Origin: Andalucia godoyi And28
Taxonomy: Eukaryota; Protista; Jakobida
NCBI GenBank assembly: GCA_009859145.1
Contig: VRVR01000041.1
Location: forward strand, 145,566 to 209,565
DNA length: 64,000 bases
Reading direction: 5' to 3'
Part shown: positions 30,730 through 42,033 of the stretch, in pieces
Layout: the number at the start of each line of letters is the position of its first letter
Numbering within the stretch: the first letter of the stretch is position 1
Notes under the pieces: generated by a model
The model's database searches: none
What the model was told of the DNA's origin: nothing
What the model saw: only the letters and a program-made list of their open reading frames with translations
Program-made: the position numbers and the translations under genes

Positions 30730-31182
30730 ATGAAAGATTCAGTGTTCCCGGTCAACCATCCGCACAACCAGCATATCCACGTTGGAGACCGTGGGTATAT
30801 TCAGTATCTTGTGGCTGTGGACGGCAGCGATGCGTCTCGTCGAGCTGCGGCGTATGTACAGCGGATTCTTCGGCCCAAGGACCACGTGGTGTACCTGTCG
30901 ATTGTCAAGCATGCTGAGCAGCGACGCGCAGCAGAGGAGCTGCTGGCTTCGTACCACCAGTCTTTGAATGAAGCGGACTTTGAGCTTGTGCACAGGGTGC
31001 TGGAGCCAAGTACGGGATACACGAGCCCCGGGGAATCCATCTGCAGGTTTGCACAGGAGATTGGCGCAGATATCGTCGTCACTGGGCACCGTGGACTCGG
31101 GGACAAGAAGAGAATCTTCGAAGGCGGGGTTGGAAAGTTTGTCGCAAACCACATTCATTGCTCCGTCATGATTATCAAATAA
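30730..31182 (+). CDS. Universal stress protein (UspA domain)
   Basis: YLVAVDGSDASRRA...ADIVVTGHRGLG...FEGGVGKFVANHIHCSVMIIK. Confidence 0.85.
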   Translation: MKDSVFPVNHPHNQHIHVGDRGYIQYLVAVDGSDASRRAAAYVQRILRPKDHVVYLSIVKHAEQRRAAEELLASYHQSLNEADFELVHRVLEPSTGYTSPGESICRFAQEIGADIVVTGHRGLGDKKRIFEGGVGKFVANHIHCSVMIIK

Positions 31183-31214
31183 ACAATCATATTGTATATA
31201 CACAACCGTAAGTG

Positions 31215-31216
<2 letters not shown>

Positions 31217-31294
<78 letters not shown>
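31217..31294. repeat. (AG)n microsatellite followed by (TG)n
   Basis: Seen directly. Confidence 0.95.
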
Positions 31295-31296
<2 letters not shown>

Positions 31297-31314
31297 TGTG
31301 TGTGTGTATAGAGT

Positions 31315-32589
31315 TTATTGTGGTCGAGAATTAGAAGATGGTGCATCTATGCTTGAATTTGAACTGTGTGACTGTGGCAGTGGCAGTGACTGGATGGACA
31401 TAGAGTGCAAAGCTTGGGTTGTGGCTTGGAGAAACTCGCGCTGTTCATCCAGAATCTTGACCCGCTTTTCAAACTCGAGCATTGTGGAAACGCGAAATTC
31501 GGCAAGTCTAGACACCAGCTCGTCTCTTCTGACCGCCATCCTCGCAGTCACGTTGGCCACCGAATCGTCAATTTCCTTTCGAAGCGCTTCGATGAAGTCG
31601 TAATCCGCCGGTCCACGCACCACCTTTCCGCTACCGTCTTTTGCCTCTGGCTGGCTTTCCCCCCCTCCCTCTTCCTCTTCCTCTCCCTCTCCTTCTCCCT
31701 CTTCCTCTTCGTCGTCCTGTACCAGCAAGTCGACCTCAGCATCTGCACGGTCCTTGTTCGTGACCGGTTCCTCGTCGATTTCGCGAACAAGGGGCAGCGT
31801 GCGCACGATTTCCGATCTGTAGCACGCCGGATCACAGGCCTTATTTCCCTTGAAATTGACATAGGCAAGCTTGGCTGAGGGAAGCTCCATTGCATCGACT
31901 GCTTCAAGCGCGTTGTCCGACAGATCAAGATACTGCAACTCGTCCAAAAACACGATATTCTCAATCCGTCGAATCTTGTTTTGGGACAAAACCAAGAACC
32001 GCAACCTCGGCAGAAACTCGAGTCCTTCGATCCTCGTAATGTGATTGACCTGCAGCTGCAAATGCGTACAATTCGAGAACAAGTCTAGATTTTCAATGCG
32101 TGTAATTCCGAGTCTGTCGAGTCGCAGATGCGTAAGAGACAGAAGAGACTCTGCAATCCGGTCGGAATCTCGCGACCGGACTCGCGCATCCAAACACTGT
32201 TTTGCAATCAGCTCCATCGTGATTGTCGAGTGCCGCGTCTCTGATGCGCCTCCATACATGCTACGAATCCTCAACGCAAGGTCCTCGGCCTCGCGATCTC
32301 GTCGCTCTCTCTGAACAGTCAACATGTACTCGAACATCCCATCCGTCACCGCATCCTCCCCCGACGCACCAACCTCCCGTGACGGTCCCAATCCGGATCC
32401 CGATCCCGATCCCGCACTCGCAGAAGAAGAAGAAGTGGCAGCGATTTTGGATTTGACTGATTTAGGCTTGACTGATCGCGGCGCATTTGCATCCGTTGCA
32501 GATGAGCTTGACGAAGCCAAAGACGACATTTTCGGCGGTTTTGAACTGCTTGATCCAACTGCTTTCTTCTCCACTGATTTTGAACTCAT
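31315..32589 (-). CDS. SDS22-like leucine-rich repeat protein (LRRC46-like)
   Basis: LTHLRLDRLGITRIENLDLF...LQVNHITRIEGLEFLPRLRFLVLSQNKIRRIENI...YRSEIVRTLP (LRRcap), then an acidic tract and a coiled coil. Confidence 0.8.
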   Translation of the reverse strand: MSSKSVEKKAVGSSSSKPPKMSSLASSSSSATDANAPRSVKPKSVKSKIAATSSSSASAGSGSGSGLGPSREVGASGEDAVTDGMFEYMLTVQRERRDREAEDLALRIRSMYGGASETRHSTITMELIAKQCLDARVRSRDSDRIAESLLSLTHLRLDRLGITRIENLDLFSNCTHLQLQVNHITRIEGLEFLPRLRFLVLSQNKIRRIENIVFLDELQYLDLSDNALEAVDAMELPSAKLAYVNFKGNKACDPACYRSEIVRTLPLVREIDEEPVTNKDRADAEVDLLVQDDEEEEGEGEGEEEEEGGGESQPEAKDGSGKVVRGPADYDFIEALRKEIDDSVANVTARMAVRRDELVSRLAEFRVSTMLEFEKRVKILDEQREFLQATTQALHSMSIQSLPLPQSHSSNSSIDAPSSNSRPQ

Positions 32590-32929
32590 TTATTCCTCGC
32601 GCGCGCACCACAAAATAAACCACCTACGTTCCCTCCCCTCTGTTCCTACTCCTGCTGGCCTCTTCTGTTCAGCCTGGCTCATGAATAAAAAGGGGGTTCG
32701 TGGATCGAGGATTCCTGTGTTTCCGATTCTGGATTATCAGCCTCGTCGACAATAGTCAACTGCTCTGGACGTTCTGCCGGATGTTTACGATGCACGGAAC
32801 AGCATATGATTGTCAGCGATCTCAGCCAACAGAGAAGAAGAAGGAGAAGAAGGAGAAGAAGGAGAGGAAGAAGGAGAGGGAGAGAGAGCGAGAGCGAGCG
32901 TGTGTACGTGTTAAGTAGAGTGATGGAGA

Positions 32930-34499
32930 ATGTCGCTTACTGATGTGGAATGGCAAGAGCTGTTATGGCAGCCTGAAATGTACGTTGATTTACAGCGAGT
33001 TCGATCTGGAGCGCGACACGGTCTTTCTCAGAGCATTCGAGCAGATGTTTGGCGATACTTGGTCCACATTGCACATCCTGACAAGTGTATGTCCCCTTTT
33101 CTCCTGCTCCTGTTCTTTTCCTCGCTGCTTCTTAGCTTTTTGTACATGTTGTGTTCAGGCCGAACGCTCACAACATGGATGAAACGAATGTGCATGTGTG
33201 CTGATCCTTTTCAATATGAATTGTCATTTATTTATTTATTATGTATATCATTAAGCGGATGAAATGACGAGGTTGTCGGCGCTGGACAATGAATTCAACT
33301 CGATTTCAAAGCAGAATAACATCGTTTCGAGAAGCTTCCGAAGATTTCTTGTGGATGTGTCGTCTGCATTTGCACAGTCGTCTGCGGATTTGTACACGGA
33401 CCCCGATTGCATACTGCTACATCCATTCTCGAACCAGCTGGTGTCCACGAGACGGCTGAGCCGGGCGAATGCGAATGAAAAGCAGATTATGCCGAGTCAT
33501 CACTCGCATTCGCTCTCTGGATCAATTGACCCAGTCACTTCGGAAGTGCGCTCGTTCGGTTCACGCTCTGGACAGCTGTTCTCCCCATCCGGGCAGTCTT
33601 CCGCTTCGTCAATGTATGCGTTTTCGATTTTCCCACACTCCATTTCCCAGCACCAGCAGCCGGCGCCGGATGCAAGTGCTGCGGGAGCAACACTCGCCGA
33701 GAAGCATTCTCTAGGCCATTCGCATTCGCATAACCATCAGAGGCACTATGCTTCTGCGTTCAACCAGCTGACCGGCAGTTCGGCGGCGGGGGCGGCGGGA
33801 TCTTCTGGTGGGACTGGCGCGAACGTCATTGTCCAGGCTTCAGGTCAATCCCAAGGAACAGGTCCAGGTGCAGGCACCGTGTACCATCTTCCATCGTATG
33901 CACTGGCTTGGAGGAATAGGCTGATTACGCAGTCGTTGGAGCGCATTTTGTCTGCGTTTCACAATACGTATCCGTTTGTCCCGTTCGATGTCAACCATCT
34001 ATACCTGGCAACCATGATGATGGTGGTGTTTGCTCAGTCGGAACGAGACGCGTATTTTGCGTACGTCACGCTCCGGAAATGGCTCTCTTGCAGCCCGCTG
34101 TTTGAAGAATCCACTATGAAATACCGCGTGTCAAAGTTCCTGATGCTGTTTCGGTGCACACAGCCACGGCTGTATGAGGCGTTCTTGGAGGAAGAAGTGG
34201 CGATGCACGAGTGGGCCGTGTCGTGGATCAAGTACTGGCTGTTGCCGCAACTTACTCTTGCTGCGTCGATTCGCCTGTGGGACACGTACTTGGCAATGGC
34301 GTCCGATTCAGACCGAGAGGAGCTACACATGTGCGTGTGTCTCGCCATCTTAGCGTCGACCCAGGAGAGCATGAGAGAATTTGACTACTCGGAAATTACT
34401 AGCTTCCTACACGAGCTTCCAGAAGAAATTGACATGAACAAGATGCTGGAAAGGGCTTACAACATTCGAGAGTACATTCGGTCTCGGAACTTATTGTGA
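32930..34499 (+). CDS. TBC/RabGAP-domain protein; exons 32930-33086 and 33256-34499
   Basis: GLSQSIRADVWRYL, LYEAFLEEEV..WAVSWIKYWL, IRLWDTYL and LHMCVCLAIL. The intron 33087-33255 is GTATGT...AAG and restores the frame (DK S DEMTRL). Confidence 0.8.
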
Positions 34500-34620
34500 T
34501 GCTCTGGCTGCCGTGGCACTCTCTTCTTTTTCTTCTTCTTTTTATTCTTTTTCTTCACTCGAATGAACAGCAGCAGCAACACCGGGGGGTGGGGGAAAAG
34601 AAAAAACAGCAACTACAGGG

Positions 34621-37224
34621 CTATCGTTTTTGCTTGCGATGCGTGAGAATCATGACAAGAAAAGACAGGAAATACTGCATGACGGCCAGCAAGAACAAGA
34701 GGCCCCGGCACATAGGAATGTCCGTCATTTCATATCCTCGGACAGCCAAGATACGGCTCAGCGACGCAACATCCTCGTAATGCTCCAGCACCACAAGGTA
34801 AAACAGTTCGATTGCCCACCGAGGATACGATATGGAACAAAAGACGGAAGTGAGACCCTCGGATTCTGGAAGCAGCTTGACGACTCCGCCGAATGCAACG
34901 GCGAGAATCAGCGAAATCGTCGTACCACCCATGTTCGACATCCGAGAGTCGAACACGTGGCTGGAAAGGTACCCAATCGAAAATGCATTGAGGTAGATTA
35001 GAAGAATGACGCCGAACATTTCTGGGCCGCTGACTGGCGACGAAAAAAACTGGCAGAATCCCACAGAAAAGACAAATGCGGCAGGTATCATGCGGAAGAC
35101 AAAGTCCGCGACAAGTTTGGCAAGAAAGTACATGATTGGATTTAGTCCATGCGAAGCATCTCTCCAGTATTGAACAGCCTCGGACCCAAACGTCTTTGTA
35201 CTCGCAGTCACTCCAACAAATGAAATGCCCCAGACTATGAACAAACCAAGATATCCAAGCTGGTCCTTGACAGGAGAACTGCATGTTTTGCGCAGTTCAA
35301 GAGGGCAAAGTGCTACCACGTCCGTGTCCACAGGCCCAAGGAAGTACTGATGCTGACCTGAAAAACCAAGCACAATACCTGCAACAAGATGCAAAAAGTT
35401 TTCCTCCAGTAATCGCTTCTTCTGATTCCAGAGTTGATAAACAGTTCTGTGCAGACAACCCAAGAAGACAATGTACCAGGACTGCGAAGGCGGCAATGTG
35501 GAGGGGGGGCCGACGAAGAACAACTTCAGATCAAACCACAGATCAGAAAACGTGGAGCAAGCATTTGACTGCACAAGCCTCGCCGTTCGAGACGTCCATG
35601 CCAAGCAGCCAGGAAGCCCATTATTTTGCTCGTCTTCCGTGGCGGACGGCGAAGCTCGGTCCGTCGGGTCTGGGGTACCGGTGCTGCTTGGCTGCAAGAT
35701 AGAGACGGCTGCTGGAATTTCGGCGGACAATGGATGCTCACAAAAGAAGGGCGCAATCACCTTCCAGAGCGCATTCCACTGCAGAGGTGTGTACTTATCG
35801 GATACCAGAGCATCGAGAGCAGTATCCGCGACATTTCGGCCGTCGCAGCGAAAGCCCAAGTGCTCCAGGTATGCAGAGAGCTTCGACACGGGGCCATTGA
35901 AAGCCATGTATCCACCAGGAGCGAGAAGCACGAGATCATCGAACATGTTGAATACTTCGAATCGGGGCTGGTGGACCACTGCAACGCAGGTCAGGCCATC
36001 TGAATGTACTCGCTCCTTCAGTAGGTGGACCAGTTTGACTGATGCAGAGCTGTCAAGACCCGACGTCGGTTCGTCCAAGAAAAGAACACTCGGCCCTGCG
36101 ACGAGTTCCATTCCAATGCTTACTCGTTTCTTTTCGCCGCCGCTGATAACCTTTTTTTCTTCATCGCCGACAAGAGACTTTGTGCGATGTGCAATTTGCA
36201 AAGATTTGAGAACTTCATTCACTTTTTCAACAATCTTTCTCCGGAGACTTCCTTTTGGCGACCGAAAGACTGCGGAAAAGTAAACATTGTCGTACACCGT
36301 AAGTTCGCTAATCATCGTATCTTGCTGCGGCACAAACCCAAACGTTCTCCACAGCTGCGCCTCCTTCGTCAGTTGAACGCCATCGCACAACAATGTACCG
36401 CTGGTAATTCTTTCCTTTCCTGAAATGACGTGCAGCAACGTCGTCTTTCCAGCTCCAGATGGACCCATCAGCGCGGTAAGCCGCCCGGGGACAATGCGCC
36501 CGGATAGCCCATTCAGCACCTTTAGTCCGTCCGGCGTCTCAAAGGATATACCATCGTACTCAATGACCCTTCCTCGATGTGCGGATGAGTCCTGTTCGGT
36601 CTCGTCCGCATCAACCAATCCAACCTTGGCAGATCCATCGTCCTCTGCGCTTCCCTGCGCCTGACCTTGAGCTTGGTTGCTGTCGCCACCTTCTCGACTC
36701 TTCAGATTTCTGGAAGATACTGTTCGGATGATCGAAGGCATCACCAATTTGCGAATCAGCACTGCGAGGAAAAACAGAACGATTAACACGGCAATCGTGA
36801 CCTCGACTCCATACTTTTGCGGTTCAGAAGTCCCCTTTGGACACGACGCTATAAGCGGACATCCAATCGGTTCTTTCTGTCCCGGTCGACAAAACGAGCC
36901 CTGCGGACAAACAACCATTGTGGTCGGAGATGGACAGTAATGACCTTTGCAGCAATGCACCGCTTGCGCAACATTCGCAGGACAGTAGAATCCGGGATTG
37001 CACGGCAAGGCGTGTCCTGGAGTCGGGCAGAAGTACCCAGCAGGACAACTCCATGTGGCCCGCGCACACTGGCACTCGGAACGAAACACCGATGCTCCAG
37101 GACACTCTCCAGGGACGTACACGCTTTCCGAGCAAGCCGGGCCCACTTGTGCGCTCACACAAAACACACCACCCGCAACGCAGAAGCCCAAAAGCACGCA
37201 CACTGCAACACACCGATGCATCAT
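34621..37224 (-). CDS. ABCG half-transporter with N-terminal extracellular cysteine-rich domain
   Basis: Signal peptide, CPxGYFCP repeats, a TM helix, Walker A GPSGAGKTT, signature ISGGEKKRVSIG, FLDEPTSGLD, VHQPR and C-terminal TM helices. Confidence 0.92.
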   Translation of the reverse strand: MMHRCVAVCVLLGFCVAGGVFCVSAQVGPACSESVYVPGECPGASVFRSECQCARATWSCPAGYFCPTPGHALPCNPGFYCPANVAQAVHCCKGHYCPSPTTMVVCPQGSFCRPGQKEPIGCPLIASCPKGTSEPQKYGVEVTIAVLIVLFFLAVLIRKLVMPSIIRTVSSRNLKSREGGDSNQAQGQAQGSAEDDGSAKVGLVDADETEQDSSAHRGRVIEYDGISFETPDGLKVLNGLSGRIVPGRLTALMGPSGAGKTTLLHVISGKERITSGTLLCDGVQLTKEAQLWRTFGFVPQQDTMISELTVYDNVYFSAVFRSPKGSLRRKIVEKVNEVLKSLQIAHRTKSLVGDEEKKVISGGEKKRVSIGMELVAGPSVLFLDEPTSGLDSSASVKLVHLLKERVHSDGLTCVAVVHQPRFEVFNMFDDLVLLAPGGYMAFNGPVSKLSAYLEHLGFRCDGRNVADTALDALVSDKYTPLQWNALWKVIAPFFCEHPLSAEIPAAVSILQPSSTGTPDPTDRASPSATEDEQNNGLPGCLAWTSRTARLVQSNACSTFSDLWFDLKLFFVGPPSTLPPSQSWYIVFLGCLHRTVYQLWNQKKRLLEENFLHLVAGIVLGFSGQHQYFLGPVDTDVVALCPLELRKTCSSPVKDQLGYLGLFIVWGISFVGVTASTKTFGSEAVQYWRDASHGLNPIMYFLAKLVADFVFRMIPAAFVFSVGFCQFFSSPVSGPEMFGVILLIYLNAFSIGYLSSHVFDSRMSNMGGTTISLILAVAFGGVVKLLPESEGLTSVFCSISYPRWAIELFYLVVLEHYEDVASLSRILAVRGYEMTDIPMCRGLLFLLAVMQYFLSFLVMILTHRKQKR

Positions 37225-37464
37225 CCGCAGTTGTCTTTTCGCAATCGTCGTTTTATTTTATTTTATTTTTTATTTTTATTTTTATTTTTATTTTTGCCAC
37301 CACTTTTCGTATGTGCAGGAAGGCGGGAGAGAAAAACGAAACACAAGCACAGACCGCAGTTGTCCGAAGAGTTCCCTGGCGGTATCCTTCGATACGGCCC
37401 CACCAGATCGCAGCTGGCCTCAGGGACTCCCATCATCCTGGACCTTGGGAACGCCGAAAAAGAA

Positions 37465-37522
37465 ATGCATCGGGAAAATGCCATATTTGGGCATCAGGGT
37501 TGAATTACCATGCATGCAGACG
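37465..37522 (+). mobile_element. Possible collapsed Fanzor-like 3' end (copy E)
   Basis: ATGCATCGGGAAAATGCC (MHRENA) followed by CAGGGTTGAATTACCATGCATGCAGACG, which resembles copy A's CAGGATTGAATATGCATG...TGTAGGCG with the hairpin deleted. Confidence 0.35.
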
Positions 37523-37876
37523 CCACTCTGTCACGCATAGACGTTTGCTCGGACCAGGAATACCCCAATAAGGAAAGATTCGCACTCTGTGTTCCATTGC
37601 GAGGCGGCAATACAAAATCAAAGAAAGAAAGCAGCTACAAAGGCATTCAGAGCCGACTGGTTAGCAAAAAGGCCTCTTTATTTTCCGTCCTGCCTTTCTG
37701 CTCGATTCTTTCCTGTTGTCCGTACTGGCCTATTTAAAGTTCCACAGTTTCCACACAGTTTTCTCCTTCACGCACGTGTATTTTCCTTCCTTCCTTCTTA
37801 TTTTTCCAAATATTGAATTCAAGGAAGGGTTTGAAGGGGAGGTTGGGTTTAAAATTTTTTATTGTGTACGAACGGA

Positions 37877-38668
37877 ATGGGTGCTCAGTCGTCGAAATCG
37901 CATACGCATCGAGATCACTTCAAGGAGCTGACCAGTTCCCATGGGTCCAACAGACGCCATCGCACGCCGCATCATCATCACCATGCCCTTCATCACGCAA
38001 ACGGACTTCATGGTCAGTCGTCATCACATGAAACCAGGAGAGTCCGTGACGCTCCGTCCTCTTCTGTGTCCGTCTCTTCCTCATCTGCACCCTCGACGAG
38101 CAGTGCTTCTGTTCCTCAGAGCAGACGTGCATCGTTTCTGGATACGTCGCTGATTACGCTCCGTGATACGGATCGATCTTCGCGAAGTACCTCTCGATCA
38201 TTGTCACCGGGCGTCATTCGGCTCAGTGGTTCCGTGCATGGCGACGCCGACTTGGGCCACCTCCCACTTGGATTGGAGCCCGAGGACCAGTTTCTCAGTC
38301 TGGACACAAGCTCGGATGCTGAGTTTGCGCGGCGGCTGCAGCTTGCAGAAAACTACCGAGCCAGTCGACGTGCAAGCGCAGCCGCGACTCGCCCGATGCA
38401 TGCGGCGCCACGGAATACGACTGCAGGCCCGACGAGCACAGCGGAGACAGCGGGCCGGCTGGCTCTGCCCGTTCGAACATTCGACATTGTAGACTTGTTG
38501 CCGTCGTTTGAGTACAAGCTGGCTACCAAGCGAAGTGGATCACTAGGCTGCTCTTCGACTCGGGACGCAGAGGGCGGATCGTCGTTTCTCTCCACAACAT
38601 GCTCCTCTTCATCGTCGTCATCGTCGTCATCGTCTTCGTCGTCTTCGTCGTCTTCGTCGTCTTCATCG

Positions 38669-38699
<31 letters not shown>

Positions 38700-39223
38700 T
38701 GACATTGACATTGACATCGTCATCGACATCGACATCCTCCGGCAGTAATTCTCCACTGAATGAGTCGGTCGCGACGGATTTGTCATCGTCTCCAAATGAC
38801 GCAGGCTTCCAATCGGCGGATCATAATGCAGAGTACGATGACAATACGTGCAATATTTGCTGCTGCGAGTTTGAAACCGGAGACTTGATCCGAGTTCTCC
38901 CGTGTGTTCACAAGTTCCATGCCATGTGCGTGGACCACTGGTTGCGAACGTACCGTTTGGAATGCCCGCTATGTAAGTTGGACGTAATGTCTGGGTTGGG
39001 GTTGACGGCACGGGCTTCGCAGCCAGCGTCGCATCGGCATCGCACCGACGAATCTTTTGCAGCCAGTACAGGCACCCATGCATCACAGATTCTTCGCCGA
39101 ACTACCGAAACGAACCGGAGTTCAAACATGGAAGACGCCGTCGACGTTCGCACGTTCCGGTTCCGATTTCGTGATACGAACGAGAACTCTTCATCGGCAG
39201 ATTCGGGACCCGTCATAATGTAA
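37877..39223 (+). CDS. RING-H2 E3 ligase, possibly N-myristoylated
   Basis: Starts MGAQSS; has a ubiquitin-binding-like helix SDAEFARRLQLAE and the RING-H2 CNICCCEFETGDLIRVLPCVHKFHAMCVDHWLRTYRLECPLCK. Confidence 0.85.
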
Positions 39224-39435
39224 GAAGTCGGGGAAACATAAAACAGTAATAGAAATCATTTGTCGTTGGTGCGTTCACCATGCACACAGCAACATTCGTC
39301 TACTCGACAGATTCTCCTTCGCAGAGTGCACGCTTGTTTACTTTGCGTCATTAGCATTCTTTCCTTTTCCCCCTCCTTCCTCTTGCTCACATGGGGATGC
39401 ACACACAACGACTATCAAACAGACGTGTTTTCTTT

Positions 39436-42033
39436 TTACGGCTGCACTGGCTCGGGATGCACCACGTCCTCAAGCTCAGGAACTACATCTGCAAAGTCTG
39501 CAGGCGGTGCCTCGGGTACTTCCGGTGCCTCTCCGCCAATGTCTGCGGTATCTGGTGCTTCGGGCACGCCCGGTATTTCCGCGCCTGTGTTTCCTCCTTC
39601 CTGCGCCAGCTCTCGCAAAAACGCCATCGTGACTCGGAGAATGTGCAGCGGAAAATCCCTGTTGAGATAAAACTTTGTTCCGTGTTCCCTGGAATGCATA
39701 ATATTGGTGGCAAGCGTGTGGATCTGCTGCAGGAAGTCCGATGTTTCGTGGCATCGCTTTCGAAAATCATCTTCAGCCGTCATCGACTGCCCTCCAGACG
39801 AAACGACACTTGACTGCGCATGATGGTGCCCCAAGTGTTGCAGCTGGTGATGCTGCAGCAACTGGTGTTGATGTTGATGATGATGATGTTGCTGCTGCAT
39901 TGGGGGCAAATGCGAAACTAGCTGATGGTGTTGATGCTGGAGCTGGTGTTGGTGTTGGTGGTGCTGATGTTGGGTTTGAATGTGGTGATGGTGATGATGG
40001 TGCAATAGATGCCCGCCTTGTCCAGCCCCGCCAACTCCAGAAGCGCCCATCGAAGATCCGCCGGGTCCTACCACCCCTACAGCATTCCCGTTCCCACTGC
40101 CATTCCCACCTGCTCCTGCTCCTGCTCCTGCGCCTCCAGTTCCAGTGCCACCGCCAACACCATGATGCATGTGTGAGTGGCCAAGTCCAAGGTTCAAATG
40201 GCCATGGTGTCCCGAAATCGCCGAAGATCCACTGCTGTTTGCTCCTCGAACTCCATCCATTCCCATCGGACCCCCACCAACACCGACGCCGCCACCACCA
40301 CCACCACTGCTGTTACTTCCCATGCCCATGCCCATGCCCATGCCCACACCCATACCCATACCCATTCCAATACCAGCACTGCCACCTTGAGCACCGCCGA
40401 CCACCGACCCATTTCCCAGTCCAACATTGGAGCCACCCATTCCTGCTCCGACTCCAGTTACACCGACAGCAGCCATAGAGCTACCAGACGCCACGCCCCC
40501 ATGTGCAATGGTCGGTCCTGGGGCATTCCCAGAATTCTGAACTCCACCCACAGACCCAACCGAACCCGCTATTGCGCCCGAGCCACCCGAATTCCCTGCG
40601 CTCGCAACCGACACTCCTCCAGCAACATTGGCAGTCGATGATCCGGACCGGGTCTTCTTGCGCGAACTAAAGAGGTAGTTTCGACGAACAAGCTTGGAAA
40701 CACGCGACAAGTCAATGCGTGCAGGCTCGAACATGTCGCATACTTCGGCACGCGTCAGCAACTGCAGCCCGACGTGGTGTGAGGGAACTCTGCGTCTCGG
40801 AAAGTCATCCTTGCGAACATTCTGTTCCACAATTGCATTTCCGTATTTGTGCTCGAGTGCCGTGAAGCTCATCAGTTCTCGATCTCGAGCAAACTCGTGT
40901 GGATCCACTGGATATCGCAAGTCCTTGTAGACCTTCCCGACCAACACCCCGGATTCATGGCTGCCTGCACCAGGCGATGCATTTCCTGCACCAGTTCCAC
41001 TCCCCATTCCATTCGCATTAGTCACATGCAGTGGTCCCACACCCGAATTCAACGACGACGACGACGATGGAAGGGGACCCACATTCGAACCGCCAGTGGA
41101 CAACGATGAAGCAGCAGCAGCAGCAGCAGAAGAAGAAGAAGAAGATGATGATGAGGATGATGAAGATGGTGGAGCAGATGTTGATGAAGAGGAGGACAAA
41201 AGATGCGAGGGTGTTTGCTGTTGGTGGAGATGGAGGTGGTGCTGCGGAGCAGAACTAGGGGCTGTAGAGAGAGAGGAAGCGCCTGGTCCGGACGAATGTG
41301 AACCGCCAATCATGGCACCGAGAGGAACACTCAGCACATTTCCACCATCACGATGGCTACTCATACCATGACTGACATCGTTATTACTGCTGCCACTGCC
41401 AATGCTACCATTGTTATCGCCAGCGTTGTTGTTGCCATGAATATTGTGCACATTGCGGGGAGTGGCGCTGCTGTTGTTACTGCTGTTGATAGTACCGGCA
41501 TCCAAATTGCTGTTATTGTGCATATGAGAGGGAACAGAAGTATGAAACGAAGGCAGTGGATGAACATGCTGATGATGCTGCTGCTGCTGCTGTTGATGAT
41601 GATGGTGATGATGCACGAGATCATTCTGCGCACTCGATGATAGTGCCGTCAATGCAGACGATGTTGTCCCCGATAGTGATGCCGAGGACGATGCAGATGG
41701 AAGTCCAGCAATGTGCGAGTCTCGATGATCAGAGGGTGAATGTGCGTATTCTGGTTGTGGATATGAATATGTCGAGGACTGCTGTTGATGGATGTGCGTT
41801 GCAGCTGCAGAAGACAGCGAAGATGACGGACGCATGGACGGTGCTCCCGCAGCTCCAGAAGCAGCTGCCACCGACGCTACCGCTGATCCTACCGATACTG
41901 ATGGTGCCGCCGATGTCGATGCCGATGCCGATGACGCCAATGTCGTAGACGGAAGAGGCACTCCTGATGCCAGGTCAATATCCTCTGATCGAGCGCGTTT
42001 GGACCTCGGACGCCCATTCCACACTACAGCCAT
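39436..42033 (-). CDS. Hypothetical low-complexity (S/G/H/Q-rich) protein with two globular islands
   Basis: Long open frame through homopolymer tracts. The probable start is MAVVWNGRPRSKRAR at 42033, because upstream sequence is microsatellite/UTR-like. Confidence 0.7.
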   Translation of the reverse strand: MAVVWNGRPRSKRARSEDIDLASGVPLPSTTLASSASASTSAAPSVSVGSAVASVAAASGAAGAPSMRPSSSLSSAAATHIHQQQSSTYSYPQPEYAHSPSDHRDSHIAGLPSASSSASLSGTTSSALTALSSSAQNDLVHHHHHHQQQQQQHHQHVHPLPSFHTSVPSHMHNNSNLDAGTINSSNNSSATPRNVHNIHGNNNAGDNNGSIGSGSSNNDVSHGMSSHRDGGNVLSVPLGAMIGGSHSSGPGASSLSTAPSSAPQHHLHLHQQQTPSHLLSSSSSTSAPPSSSSSSSSSSSSSAAAAAASSLSTGGSNVGPLPSSSSSLNSGVGPLHVTNANGMGSGTGAGNASPGAGSHESGVLVGKVYKDLRYPVDPHEFARDRELMSFTALEHKYGNAIVEQNVRKDDFPRRRVPSHHVGLQLLTRAEVCDMFEPARIDLSRVSKLVRRNYLFSSRKKTRSGSSTANVAGGVSVASAGNSGGSGAIAGSVGSVGGVQNSGNAPGPTIAHGGVASGSSMAAVGVTGVGAGMGGSNVGLGNGSVVGGAQGGSAGIGMGMGMGVGMGMGMGMGSNSSGGGGGGVGVGGGPMGMDGVRGANSSGSSAISGHHGHLNLGLGHSHMHHGVGGGTGTGGAGAGAGAGGNGSGNGNAVGVVGPGGSSMGASGVGGAGQGGHLLHHHHHHHIQTQHQHHQHQHQLQHQHHQLVSHLPPMQQQHHHHQHQHQLLQHHQLQHLGHHHAQSSVVSSGGQSMTAEDDFRKRCHETSDFLQQIHTLATNIMHSREHGTKFYLNRDFPLHILRVTMAFLRELAQEGGNTGAEIPGVPEAPDTADIGGEAPEVPEAPPADFADVVPELEDVVHPEPVQP

